From: Balanoglossus misakiensis
Taxonomy: Eukaryota > Animalia > Hemichordata
Direction: 5' to 3'
Assembly (NCBI GenBank): GCA_040954595.2
Contig: CM082577.2
Location: 13,771,903 to 13,835,902 of the forward strand
Length of the DNA: 64,000 nt
How positions within the stretch are numbered: position 1 is the first letter of the stretch; each line of letters opens with the position of its first letter. Position numbers and translations under genes: made by a program. Below are positions 13,463-25,478 of the stretch, piece after piece. The notes below the pieces were generated by a model. The model was not told the origin of the DNA. It worked only from the letters and a program-made list of their open reading frames with translations, and did not search any database.

Positions 13463-14073
13463 ATTATTTTTGTTAATATGGTTTACTTTGTTTTATTTTG
13501 TTCTGTTGTGTTCTGCTTTGTTTTGATTTGACTTTTATTGTTTTGACTTGTTTTGTTATGTTTAAGTGTGAGCCCGGCATGTTCCCACAAGTACCAGTTT
13601 ACTTATATTTTGCTTTTTTATTTCGTGTCTCCATTACATTTTGTTCTTCTCCCTATTGTATCCCAAAATGGAAAATGTTCTGATGGACAGAGAGTCATTC
13701 TTACAAACTATTGATATTGTTGTCAAATACATTCATGTCTAGACTTGAATTTTAATCAATTATTACAATGAGAGACCATGTTGAGGAGAGTGGGCGTTTA
13801 ATCCTGCGATGAGGAGCTGAAGAAAAAAAACATGAGTTATATACAGAAAGAAGAAGTAAAAAACAACATTTACAGATAGTGGGGCTTACTATTATTGTGT
13901 GCTCCTGGTGGAAGTCACCGTGTTAGAACGAGTGGGCATATTTTTTATCATAAAATGGAGGGGGGAGGGGGGGGGTAAAACATATGTTGCTCCCGCCCAG
14001 CTTAATTCCTGTGCCTCAGATCATCAAGAGCTTGTGTCGGTGGCTTTTTATGACGAGAACTATTTTCCATATG
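13463..14073 (+). repeat. Segmental duplication block A (copy at 30244-30846)
   Basis: Long direct near-identity visible by eye, e.g. ggcatgttcccacaagtaccagtttac and tacagatagtggggcttactattattgtgtgctcctggtg. Confidence 0.85.
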
Positions 14074-14312
14074 TTCGATATCATTGAACAAATTTCAACA
14101 GTTATCGGAGAGGTTATGAGAAGAAATTTTAAACCTTTCATTCCCAGTTCTCTCTATAGAGGTCAAACATAACCATAGAAAACAATGGATTTGGACTAAA
14201 CCATGGTGGTGTGAAAGTGTTAAAGACCAGTTCGGCCCGTTAAGTATAGAAAAATCTTGATGTCATTATATATTCTTTCTTTTTCTTTGAGACTCAAATC
14301 TGTATGCCGACT

Positions 14313-14683
14313 TAGTCTCGGTTACCCAGACCCCCCTGTTTCTTCCGTTGGGCACTCCAGAAAGAGGGTCTGGGGAAACCCCATAGACAAATCTCCGGGC
14401 AAAGATGGCCGACTTCAGACAAAAGCGATGCATGATGGTTGCAGCCTCATACATGAAAAAAACATGCTGAGAAGTGCTAGACCTGCTAAAATTGTCTACA
14501 AATTGAAAAGAGAGAGAGAAGTTTGGTAAATAGTTTTCTAATATCGTCATATCATAATATCGTATGTCATACATGTCGACCATCATGCATCGCTTTTGTC
14601 TGAAGTCGGACATTGGGGTTTCCCCATACCCTCTTTCTGGAGTGCCCAACTGAAAAAGCAGGGGGTCTGGGTAACCGAGACTA
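14313..14683. mobile_element. Non-autonomous TIR element with 10-bp TSD (AcademH-like or MuDR-like)
   Basis: Long TIRs TAGTCTCGGTTACCCAGACCCCC...GGGGGTCTGGGTAACCGAGACTA; perfect TSD tatgccgact at 14303-14312 and 14684-14693. Confidence 0.8.
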
Positions 14684-16397
14684 TATGCCGACTGTGAGGC
14701 ATTGAAAAGTCAAATTTATCGCGTGATTTTCATTTGCATATTTGACGCGTGGTTGTATTTCTAAATGGCAGCTTTAATACACAGAGTGGTTCCATAAATT
14801 TCGACAAAATGATTATACTAAATCGAATAATAGAACTGACAAGACTTCGTGAGGTTGATGGCGATGAATGTGCTTCCTGCTTGCATTAATACCTTTGCTG
14901 TATTTTAAAGATTTTTGGACGACAGAGAAGGTGGGAGGTGTATGCTACTCATTTGCATATTTGAAGCAATGACACTTCATCCAGGCGTGCGTGTATGCAG
15001 CTGGGAACACATTAAGCTTATCGACAGCTCACCTCAGATACTTCGTTTACGAATTTGATTTTCAGATTTAGATGACGCAAATAAGTTCTCTTCAACTGTG
15101 CAATATGTGACCCTACATTCCACACACCAAGCTTTAAGCTGTCTATGTACCGTGGCCGATAACTACAAAGTGTGTCGAGGTTTTTGCAAAAGGCGTGCGT
15201 AGGGAAACCTAGACACACCTTTTCAGTTTTTTGCAAAAAGGTGGGTGTAGGGAAACCTAGACACGCTTTGTAGTTATCGTCCACGGTAGTCTATGAGGTA
15301 TTTGTGTGACGGAGTGTTTTTTTTACACTACATGAATTAGTCCGGTATAGGTTGCCGTTTCGAATGGTTTACTGTCATTCATTATATTCTCACTGATATC
15401 ATTTTTGAATGTTATGTCTGTATGAAAATCTCAATTGCCTATATGATTCGTATAAATCATAAAATATGCGCACATGATCACGATAACGACGTTTGCTTGT
15501 TGCAGAACCTATTGACAGACGATACATGTAGGCCTATAGCGCACACGTATGTCGAGAGTGTCCGACATACTCGCGGGGTAATAGATATCGTTACAAATCA
15601 GATTCCAACTGTCGTCATCGTTGTCAACAAGTTTGAACGTTTAATGCCTTACAAAACATGACATAAATTATATTTCTCGACATAAAAGGGTGGACGGTTT
15701 AATAAACAACAAAAAAATAACACAAAAAATAAACGTCACCAGATTAATATGGCACATATATTCTGCTCCCAAATCTCCCATGTGCGTTGCTTTATATTTT
15801 TGTTTCAGTCCCGTGAAACATTGCACTCATTTTTATTTACAATTTAACTAAACATTCAGTGGGCTTATGCAAATACTATACCGATATTCAAATATTTAAT
15901 ATTTAATTAACGATCTTTAATCATCAATAACAAAGTTGTTTTTTTGTGTTAAACTTTTCCTACACAGTCACACAATGCAGTGTGGAATGAATGTGTCGCT
16001 TTGAAGCCATAGATGCAGGAGTTGACTGATTGTGGAGGAAGCCATTGAACGACAGTTTGGTACGCGCAGAAGTCGTGCGCAGAACACCAAAACAACCCAG
16101 CGGGCAATATCAGCGCACGCGACAGGGCTTTATCAACTCTAGCCATGTTATATCACTTTTTTTCTATATCACGTGAGCGCGTCTCAGCCAATCACGAATA
16201 CGGTATAATACGTGAGGTGTAATAATGAGGTTATAACATGTATAGAGGTTTTTCACCTACGTCACTATCCCCATGACAACACAGGACGCCGCCATGTTGG
16301 AGGCACTCTGGAGGCACTCGTACTCTAGCGCTGGCGCGACATTTGAGTGCATTGTTTACGTCGCGACCTACACTTGCGACCGCCCATTCTTTTTACA

Positions 16398-17218
16398 ATG
16401 GTTGTCAAATGCAGCGTTTTTGGATGTTCCCATCGAAAAGATAGGGAAACCCACTTGCAGTTTTATAGATTGCCTGCCGTGATATCAAATCAAGGACCAG
16501 AATGTGAAAAATTGAGCAGTGAGAGACGGCGCGAATGGTTAGCCAGGATCGGCCAAAACTTTGATCATAAGAACCTAGACAACGTCCGGGTTTGTTCGGG
16601 TCATTTTTTTAGTGGTAAGTTTTACTGGAAACTTTTGAAACCTTGTTATATCACACACCGAATAAATGTTTCACAACTTGGCATCAACAATATTTACGGA
16701 TTTGCATTTGGCCGCGACAAAAACACGCGAATTTGCAGATAACACAACTGAACTTACACTGGCAGCGAGCTGTCGTCGTCGGCCGGCGGCGGTATCGATA
16801 AACCGTACCGGTGATGCTTAGAGTCAGATATACTTGTTGGTCACGGACATGCATTTCTGTCCACTGAAAAAAAAACGTTACTTTATGAATTTTTACGGCT
16901 GTTTGAGGAGTCGCACTCATTTGGTAAAGCACTCTTTCTAAAAAAAAGTCTGTAAGTGTTTTGTTTACATTCGCGGGGTCAAACCAGGTCAGTTTCAATG
17001 CTGGGTTCGACAACGCGTAGGAACAATGCAAATTTACGCTGAAAATGATTACACTAAATTTAGGCCCCTGCCTGGAAGTGTGATACCTCGTTTTGTATTG
17101 TTTTTAAAAAATGTGTTGCCATACCCATTATCCAGAAATATCAGGAAATGGAATCAAATGCGCCCCTAGCATTAGCGGGTCAAAGGTCATGCCATGTGAA
17201 AGGAGAACAAGTGTTCAA

Positions 17219-17263
<45 letters not shown>

Positions 17264-18515
17264 ATATCCATCTCTCTCAACCCCCTGTCCCTTAGGTAAA
17301 AAGGCAGACTTGTATGATAGAAACAACCCAGATTGGGTTCCAACAGTTAATGTAGGGAAGAATACAGATAAGACAGCTGAGGCTTTAGGCAGATACGATA
17401 GATTACAGACAAGAAAGAGGAAATTGGAGCAGAAAGAATATGAGCTAGAGGAAGCACAGAAACCCCCCAAACCCCAAAGTGACCCGAACAAATGTAGCCG
17501 TGAAACGCAAACTGATCTCACTGGGTATATGTTGGACTGTATGACCAGTGAGCTGCAGGATTTGAGATCAGACAATCTTATATTGAAACAGAAACTGTCA
17601 GAACATGAAAGTCGATTTTCGGAGGCATATTTTGAAGGCGACGATGAGAAAGCGAAGTTTTTGACTGGGATATCTTCTTTTACTGTTTTAATTACATTAT
17701 ACAATTATATTGCACACTACTTGCCCCCTCGCACATCTCTCGACAAATTTCGAATGTTCATTATGACACTAATGAGGTTACGCTTTAATTTACCAATTCA
17801 GTTCTTGTCTTATGAGTTTTCCGTTTCGTTATCTTCAGTTTCTAGAATTGTTAATAATGTAATTGATGTCATGTATGTAAGAATGAAACCGTTTGTCTTT
17901 TGGCCAGATCGATTTAGTTTGCAGAAAACAATGCCCATGAAGTTTCGTAAATATTTTGGTAAAAAATGCATTGTGATAATCGATTGTTTTGAAATATTCA
18001 TAGAAAGGTCATCAAATTTAAAAGCTCGGGCAGAAACTTGGTCTTCTTATAAACACCACAACACAATTAAGTTTCTCATTGGAATCACTCCTCAAGGTAC
18101 TGTCTCATTTATATCCAGGGCTTGGGGTGGGCGGGCTAGTGACAAACATATTACTGAAAACAGTGGGATTCTAGATAATTTATTACCAGGGGATTTAATA
18201 CTTGCTGACAGAGGGTTTAATATTGAGGAGAGTGTGGGTTGCTTGTGTGCTCAAATGAAAATTCCTAGTTTTACAAAATGTAAAAGTCAATTGTCTGCTG
18301 TAGATGTAGAAACAACAAGAAGAATTGCCAATGTTAGAATACATGTTGAAAGGGTTATTGGGATGGCAAGACAAAAGTATAATATTTTGGGTGGGACACT
18401 TCCTATTAATTTGTTTCTTTCCAAAGATGATGAGGGCAACACAATGATCGACAAAATTGTTCATGTCTGCTGTTCACTGATAAACCTGTGTGAATCTGTT
18501 GTTGATTTTAATTGA
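16398..18515 (+). CDS. ISL2EU transposase (THAP zinc finger + HTH + DDE_Tnp_4-type), 478 aa, two exons
   Basis: join(16398-16614,17296-18515) with GTAAGT donor and TAG acceptor. THAP motif CSVFGC...W...VCSGHF...PDWVPT; catalytic motifs [38 protein letters not shown]; no stops. Confidence 0.9.
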
Positions 18516-19410
18516 TTGATCACATTCCTGCCTGGTTGTGGTTGCATGTATTTATAGAAAAATGTATACTATGTATGTGCAGAAAAATTAAACTGAGCTG
18601 TAATGAATATTGTAATAATTTAATTAATATATTAATGTATATACACATAAGAGTCATCAGAAACCAATGATAAGGTAATAAATAATTTCTTCAGAAACAA
18701 TAAGCATAGTGACATTTGTAAATCATTGCTGACTAAAACATATTCTAAAAAATAACAAAGTCAGTCTGTAGTTGAATTAAATGAACAGGTGTCCATTTCA
18801 TTCTAATTGCTTGTTTGAAGATAAATTCATTCACAGAATATTCTCTCTGATGTCAATAAATACAGATTTTAGAAATATTGATCAATAAATAAGTTAAGTA
18901 TTATAAATAGTGTAGTAACAATTTTATATATCATTATATGATTAATAAATTATTGACAAATGATTAATTGAAATTGTTAATCTATATTCCCCTTTTTATG
19001 CACACAGTATTTCATACTTTTGATTGGCTAAGACTGAATCATATGGTATAGGGAAAAAAACAAATTACATGGTTGACAGAGTCTACATATTGCTCATTGT
19101 GAGGGAATATATAGACAGTAAACACATACTAATTGCAACAGCTCAATATCAGTTTTCCAAAATTCTATGAGTACGAAGTACTAGTACAGTTCTCATGAGA
19201 CAATGTGATGACCCTGGACAAGACACTACATGGCCATAATATAATAACACATGATGCACGATTTGTAGCCTGCCCCATGCAGAAGTTATTTTCCCTCATG
19301 ATGTGGAGTATTCTGTTGTACTTTCATTTGCTGTGCACATGAAAGTACTGCTACAGAATACACCACATTACTCACATTAGAAAAATGAACAAATCTGCAG
19401 TGACAAGATT

Positions 19411-21723
19411 CTATGTTGGTTTGCGTGTTGATGTCCTTGTGAAAAATTTACCCACAAGTTCTGGCAAGATGGCACTAACAAAGAAGTACTTTGCACGTTC
19501 ACAAATCATTCTCCAACAAACTTCATCAAACTGTATCAATTCAATGTACAACTGCTTCTCAGTCCACACAACAAAGTGTCCCTGTTTCAGTTGGCATGCT
19601 CCCAGTTGTGTCTGTACCTGGTAATAGTAAGCATGTTCCCGTGATAGTTTAGGTACACCATTTTCTTTTATAAGATATTCACATTCTTCAAGGCTTTTAT
19701 TCCTTAAATTAAATGGGCATTTGATTTCCACACTGGATTTACCACAACAGTCACAACTGAAAATGCCATCTGGAGAAGCACCGATGAATGGTTGGTCATG
19801 GCTTATTACCAATCCACTTTTTTGGACATGGACATTTTCATGAAATAGCAATATCGTTTTCATGAATTCCTGCATGGCAACATCCTCATGATCACACCCC
19901 CACCTAGTTGCTTCTGTTGAAAATGCTGACAGAGTTGGATAACAGATTGATTATATGAGGCTCATTGATGGTTTTTCTGGGTTTGTTCTGCATACCATCT
20001 TAGCCTTTGACGCAGTGACTCTACCAGTTCTGTATTCAAACCATTCCTTTGATTTTGACTGTTCTCTGGTTTGAAGCTCAACTGTTTTGATTTGCTCTTT
20101 AGTTACAGTGATTTCCAGTCTGGAACATTCATTAAGTAAATCCGAATACCCAAGACTGGTGCAATTTTCATCAAACAAACTCGACAAAGAATCGGGAAAC
20201 AGTCCAACAGCAGGCTTTGGAACATATTCAGCAGCATAAGGTTGAATTAAAGACAGCAATGCAGGCTTTGCACCACTTTGATGGATGTCCTGATAAAACA
20301 GTTGTAGCTCCTGCTGTGTCGGGGGTGGAATGTTATTCAGTTTTGAAGTGGGGGGGTTTCTGAACCAGTGGAGCTTGTGTATCAAGTGAAAAGTCTAACC
20401 GTTTCTTTTTTGATTTTGCTGAAGTAAAATCGATATCTTTGATTTCTCTATATGCAGCCTTCTTCATAGAAGTTGGAAGAAGCCAATATGCTTTTTCATC
20501 TGTAACAGTTCCAGAATCCCGAATCTTCACAGTAGCTTCAACAGCAAATAGTGTGGCTGCCACATGAGTACATGTTTCTCCCAGTCCAGCCATACAGTCA
20601 CAATGGGCACAGATGATTATCCAGGGTTGTAGGGGCTTGTCACTCAATCTTTGTGAATGCAAAACCTAGAAGAGCAATAAAAACAACTTTTAGTGAATAC
20701 AAAATAATAACAATGAAGGAAATTCACCAATTTCCATAAAATATAGCTCTGAGCACACAGCTATTTTGTTAAAGTTATCATGTCAAATATTGACAACATA
20801 CAAATAATATCAGCCAATAAAGGTTACCACATAAACAACAACAGCAACAAACACCTCAGTCCTGGTTATTGAGTTTGTTATGGAAACTATTATCCTCATG
20901 AAGTCAATTGCATTTGTGCTTTTTTATATTGCCTGGACAAAAGGTTATCATCAAGAAGTTGTTTATGTCATAAACCTGGTTTTGGCTATATACCCAGGTA
21001 TATCCAAACACAACAGTGGGTCAGTCACATGTTGTGATTTTGACTTTTTTTGTAGAGTATCTGAACAAAATAAATTATAAAATTCTTTAGTACATTTTGA
21101 AGCATAGTGTGTATTGGCAGCCATATAATAGCACACAGCGATTTTCAAGACCCCCCCCCCCCATGGGGAGTTTCTCCTGAAAACAACTGTTCTCGGTGTT
21201 TGAGCCTAAAGCTGTCTTTTGTGACTGATCGGAACGATGTACAACAGCGGATACATAAAACTTGAAACTCCCGTAGTTTTTTGGGATGACCTAAGCAAGT
21301 CTACATGTGTACTGGAGTTGTGGGGCGAAATACATCAAGGTGTACGAACAAATATTCAGAGAAGTTCCAGTAGTAAGTACACAATGTACTACGATATCTT
21401 ACCTTTGCTGTCACAACACAGTGTCCATTGCGGAAGTTTGTTGACAACCCTCTAACCCATCCACAAACAAACTGATTGTACGCTTCTAGGCTTTTATAGC
21501 ATTTTAAGTCTTCCAGAGTGTATGGACTAAGGTTGAATACCAAATAGTTTACAATGTCCGGATACGTTACCGATGGTAACAAGGCAACGTCTGACGACCA
21601 ATCTTTGGCGTCCAAAGTGTAAGGGTCCAAGTGTCCAATCGACGATATTTTTTCATCATATCGTAATTTTTCTGCGCCGGATAGAGATTGACGATGAGTA
21701 CAGCATGATTTCTTCCTGTACAT
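19411..21723 (-). pseudogene. ISL2EU second gene: SWIM zinc finger + YqaJ/lambda-exonuclease-like nuclease, disrupted
   Basis: Exon 1 21403-21723 (KSLEAYNQFVCGWV), exon 2 from 20665 (VLHSQ...AHCDCMAGLGETCTHVAA). Frameshift in the G7 run at 20350-20356; in-frame TAA at 19951-19953 within SLI*SICYP. YqaJ motifs RVTAS, WGCDHE, GASPDG, EIKCP, YYYQVQ. Confidence 0.85.
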
Positions 21724-21894
21724 TATAGTCCTGTAACTAAAAATGACTTTCTAAAGGGGAGGAACAATACATCTCCATGTCACTCGCTCGGGCGGCGTTG
21801 CAGCGCAGACGACACACAAGAAAAGAGTGCCTCCAACATGGCCGACTTCCGGTTTGATGACGTCACGCGAAAAACCTCTATAAACGGTGCGCTC

Positions 21895-22202
21895 GAGTGC
21901 GTTCTAAAGAACATATGGTGGCGCTCTCTTTTTCGCGTGTGCCACCCACATAAAATCAGCGATTGGCTAGATCCTAATTTACCATGGTAACTGTGGCTAA
22001 ATTTGCATAGGTGACTGTATACCCTTAAAGGTATACGGTCACCTATACAAATTTAGCCACTGTTACTATGGTAAATTGAGATCTAACCAATCACAGATTT
22101 TCAGTGGGTGGCACACGCGAAAATAAAGCGTTCTTTAGAACACTCAAATACGCCATTTCAACTATATATGGCGATATGTAAATTGGAGGTGACCGTATAC
22201 CT
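21895..22202. mobile_element. Two family A Kolobok-type MITEs in inverted orientation sharing one TTAA
   Basis: Truncated copy ends at 22024, TTAA at 22025-22028, full inverted copy 22029-22202, TTAA at 22203-22206. Confidence 0.75.
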
Positions 22203-22730
22203 TTAAACGAAGAAAGTCTCTCTCTCGCTGCCCATTTCCAATCACGTGCAAACGTTCTATATTTTCTAAAGTCACGCGATTTTATCCCACCGCCAATTCT
22301 TTACTATCAATCACGTGATCTGGCCATGCGACCAACGGCGTTGTCATTTTCAGATGACGGGCAAGCAATATTTCGGCATCTAGTAAAAGTTTTTCCGAGT
22401 ATGTTTTTACTTTAGAACCGCCAAACACGTAACATGTATCAGGTATGGTGCCTCATCAGCCTCGTTGCATTTCATCTGCACAGTCTTTGTCTGCACCACG
22501 TAAGTCCACGTTGCTGAATTTGCCCGTCATCTGGAAATTTGAATGCGCACGTAACTGTCGCCTGAGCGCGTATGACGTCATTTGATATCGAAGAATAGAA
22601 TTTATAAAGTGTGTTCTATTCAGGTGCGTTCTCTTCTACGTGTTCTATTTCAGTTACTTTTTTAAACTATTCACTGTTCAGGGTCCAGAATTTAAACCCC
22701 GGCTCCAGCCGAGCAAGAATCACACCAAGC

Positions 22731-22938
22731 ATATTATAATTAGAGGTTATTAACGGCTAGCGAGGGTATTTGGTTGCGGAAATAAGACCTCTCAGGTGAA
22801 AATTAGCATATTTGGCGGGAAATAATCACCGAGCGAGGCGAGATGATTATTTCCCCCAAATATGCTAATTTTCACCTCCTGAGGTCTAATATCAGCACCA
22901 AATACTCGAGCGCACCGTTTATAACCTCATTATAATAT
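22731..22938. repeat. ~210-bp hairpin (palindromic) element
   Basis: Arms aggtgaaaattagcatatttgg / ccaaatatgctaattttcacct around a central cgagcgaggcgag. Confidence 0.8.
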
Positions 22939-23349
22939 GATTTTGCTTGGATTTGAAAAATTTAATTTTTTTTATCATTAAATGATAAACAATTTTTATT
23001 TTTTCAAATCCGTTGTTTGGTTGGGAATAAATCATGCTAGTTCAAGGGCCTCGTTGCGCACTGTTCCAGAACACACAAGCTGACGTGTTCTAGAAATTTC
23101 TAAAGTCACGCGATTGTATGCCACCGCCAATAGCATTCATAAAATGAGTTCTATTCAGGCGCGTTCTCTTCTACGTGTTCTATTTCAGTTACCTTTATTA
23201 AACTATTCATTGTTCAGGGTCCAGGTACTAGGTCTTCTTTTCGAGAATGTAAATCCCGGCTCCAGCCAATCAGCGAGCTGGATTCACACCAAGCATATTG
23301 TAATTGAGTTTAATACCATACACCGCTTATGTTAATGTACATGTGTGTC

Positions 23350-25478
23350 TGTCTGGCCGAATTATGTCCACCTTGCTTACAACAAAGCGGTCAAAATACG
23401 GCTAGACACTAGAATAGACGTAACCAGCCAGGTCGACAAAACTATGCTAAATTCTAAAACATGGACCACTTTTCCATATTTAAAAAATACACCACTGTAA
23501 AATCATTGAACTGTTTGCTTACATAGTACATGTATTCAGTTTGGGAGTGAGGCGAACTTGGCAATATTTTGGCACAGTCCCTCTGTGATCTAGCTTGGTG
23601 TGTTTTTTTCGTAGCAAAATCTTAAAGCCAATAGGCGAGGATTGATTCAGTGCTCCTAAAGTTTTCGCGTCACAAAACTCGATCTAGGGGGTTTCTTGGT
23701 TTATAAATCCCAGACACACTTTGTATGATAGTTACGACACCTTGCATTCGGCGCAAATTTGAGCCAGATATCTCAAAGCGTCAACGCAAAAACATCGACA
23801 AAAATGTTTTTGTTGCGTTTGAAAGAGTTATGCGATGTTATGCAGTTGGGCCGAATTTTCATGAAAACAGAAAACCGGCAATGATATTGGTTTTACAGGC
23901 ATGAGGTGGGCGTGAGAAACGTATACTGGTGGTCAAGGACATTCACTTGTGGGGACCACAGGCATTAGGCGGTGCGGGGTATGCGCGTAGATGATGCTAC
24001 CCTACAACGGATTGTTACAGTTCTCAACCCGGAAACAAATAGCATCGTCCAAATATCCAATAAAAACGGGAAACTCAGCAGAGACTTGTAGCATTTCGGC
24101 AGAAACTTTGACAATAATCGAGGTATGTATCTATCTTCTGTATACAATCCACTTCACTTACTTTACTTATATTCATTCTCTTGAATGTCCATGCATGCAT
24201 GATTGCTACACATGTATATGTACATGTATGTATTGAATAGTGTGAGATTGCTGGATTGCCAGAATAGATATTTAGCAGCTGCTGAGCTAGATACTTCATA
24301 TCTCTATTACGCGTGATATTTAGCAGCTATTCAGCTATCTAAACTTTTTGAGAAGATTGAATAGAGGCACGCACGGAGGTAATAGTAAGGATTAGTAAAG
24401 AGAACAGCAAATTGGAATAGGTATGAGTTACCATCATTCAGATGTTACAGAACTTGTTGTAAATACTTCCAATTGACAGGGTCAATCACCTTTTCGTAGT
24501 CGACAAAATGCGCACCAACCCCCGGTTGTTGCCGACGGTCATGTCTCTCGGTACGGGGTTTGGTGGGTTGTCGATATAAACCTCTCTGTTTCCATTCTCG
24601 AATACTGAAAACTCATCGCTGTCCTTTGACTTCACAATTGACTGTTAAAGTTCGGCATGGCATGCCAATACCTAAAACACTTCAAATCATTGGCAGATAT
24701 AAAGAAGACAAACAATTCAATAGAAACAGTGTTCTCCCCAGAGCAGTTACAAAGCTGTCATGACATCATTTTGGTGCTTTGTACGGGCTGCAAATTATCA
24801 TATTTTCTTTATTTTCCATCGGAGTTTGGTTTTAGCGAAATAGGGACATGCTATGTCATGACTTGACTCATTAACATAATAAACATTAATAGTATTGTTA
24901 TGTGAATAATGTTTTGTGATTTAATTATAAATTAAACAATCGATTACTTTTCTTTCTACACGTGCACAGCTAACAACATTGTCGACTTGGGACTTTTAAT
25001 TTGCCTGACAAGATGAACAAGACATTGACTTTACTTCTCTGCGTGGGTTTAGTGGTGTCTCTTCTCACTTCCGACGTAGAGGGCGTGAGAAGACGTCACG
25101 CCGGCAGTAACCGCGGTGACATACCCGGTAAACCGGACTTTGAGATTGAAGTCGCGAAGGAAATCCTGTAAGACCTTTTGTCTGATGTGGTGTGGTGTGG
25201 TGTGGCGTGGTATGGTATGGTGTGATGTGGTGTGGTGTGTTCTACAGTGTTGCGTTGTTTTGCGCTGGTTTTAATGAGTAGTTTGTTTTGTACTGGAAGG
25301 TAAGTGTTCTTTAATTTCGACTTTGTTTTTTAACAGGGAAGAATTAGAAGAAGAAATTCAGGAGAGGGAAGTGGAGAATGAAATAAGGGAGAAAATAATG
25401 ACGCTGGAAAAAATCTTGGATGAGGAATAACAAAGGCCAAGTGTCGGATGAAACCACGCACCATCTCCTCCCATTGCG
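23350..25478 (+). repeat. Segmental duplication block C, containing the peptide gene (copy at ~31470-33618)
   Basis: About 2.1 kb of collinear near-identity; paired ORF-track translations (e.g. 23965/32037, 24657/32733) are almost identical. Confidence 0.92.
25013..25430 (+). CDS. Small secreted peptide precursor, copy 1 (82 aa; antimicrobial-peptide-like architecture)
   Basis: join(25013-25167,25337-25430), GT-AG, phase 2: MNKTLTLLLCVGLVVSLLTSDVEG|VRRRHAGSNRGDIPGKPDFEIEVAKEILEELEEEIQEREVENEIREKIMTLEKILDEE*. Signal peptide ends V-E-G; frame conserved in the paralog. Confidence 0.8.

Larger units (their letters stand above)
16244..21879. mobile_element. Full-length ISL2EU (PIF/Harbinger-related) DNA transposon, ~5.6 kb
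   Basis: TIRs AGAGGTTTTTC...GAAAAACCTCT, 2-bp AT TSD, subterminal inverted motif GCCATGTTGGAGGCACTC at both ends. Two convergent genes (THAP-DDE transposase; SWIM-YqaJ nuclease) are the known ISL2EU gene pair. Confidence 0.9.

Noticed and set aside
17148-17295. N-terminus of the 455-aa ORF (MESN...SLSLSL)
   Set aside because: It is intron sequence containing the (CT)n polypyrimidine tract; the real N-terminus is the THAP exon at 16398-16614.
20350-20356. Programmed ribosomal frameshift in the YqaJ gene
   Set aside because: A homopolymer indel is simpler, and a separate nonsense codon downstream shows the gene is damaged anyway.
25248-25305. Internal AG...GTAAGT mini-exon in the peptide-gene intron (both copies)
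   Set aside because: It would leave only a ~37-nt downstream intron and break the frame.
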